Source of the DNA: Podarcis vaucheri
Taxonomy: Eukaryota
Strand: one strand, 5' to 3'
Assembly: GCA_965113315.1 (NCBI GenBank)
Contig: OZ220364.1
DNA: 64,000 nucleotides
This document shows positions 63,871 to 64,000 of the stretch, piece by piece. The position numbers and the translations under genes were made by a program. Within the stretch, counting starts at the first letter, position 1. Every line of letters starts with the position of its first letter. The notes under the pieces were generated by a model. The model ran no database searches, was not told the origin of the DNA, and saw only the letters and a program-made list of their open reading frames with translations.

Positions 63871-64000
63871 CATGGGTAGGCAAACTAAGGCCCCGGGGCC
63901 AGATCCAGCCCAATCGCCTTCTCAATCCGGGCAGTCTGTGAATCAGCGTGTTTTTACATGAATAGAATGTGTCCTTTTATTTAAAATGCATCTCTGGGTT
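63871..64000. mobile_element. hAT MITE of the 43709-43960 family, opposite orientation, cut by the window end
   Basis: catgggtaggcaaactaagg...ccaatcgccttctcaatccgg...agaatgtgtccttttatttaaaatgcatctctgggtt is the reverse complement of ~43825-43960. Confidence 0.88.

Overview
This is eukaryotic genomic DNA from a squamate reptile, most likely a lacertid lizard, judging by the abundant Sauria-type SINEs. The window lies inside the DOCK2 gene on the + strand. It holds ten consecutive GT-AG coding exons (14347-63657; 957 nt, 319 codons, no stops) that splice in frame. They match vertebrate DOCK2 exons ~28-37, from the armadillo-like region into the start of the DHR-2 Rac-GEF domain. The ORF track misses most of them. 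Positions 1-14346 are the 3' end of the very large preceding intron, which in mammals hosts the antisense gene INSYN2B/FAM196B. The rest is intronic and rich in transposable elements: seven Sauria SINEs (two near-identical young copies), tRNA-Ile- and tRNA-Asn-headed SINEs sharing one tail, CR1/L2/RTE LINE remnants, Tc1/mariner-superfamily and hAT MITEs with intact TIRs and target-site duplications (TSDs), and two clear solo LTRs plus a possible third. I found no prokaryotic systems, CRISPR arrays or intact autonomous elements. The best leads are a sense-oriented promoter-bearing solo LTR upstream of the DHR-2 exons, a solo LTR carrying CCAAT/CRE/octamer motifs, a candidate antisense INSYN2B first exon, and the head-swapped SINEs. 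Exon numbering and family names come from memory, not database searches.
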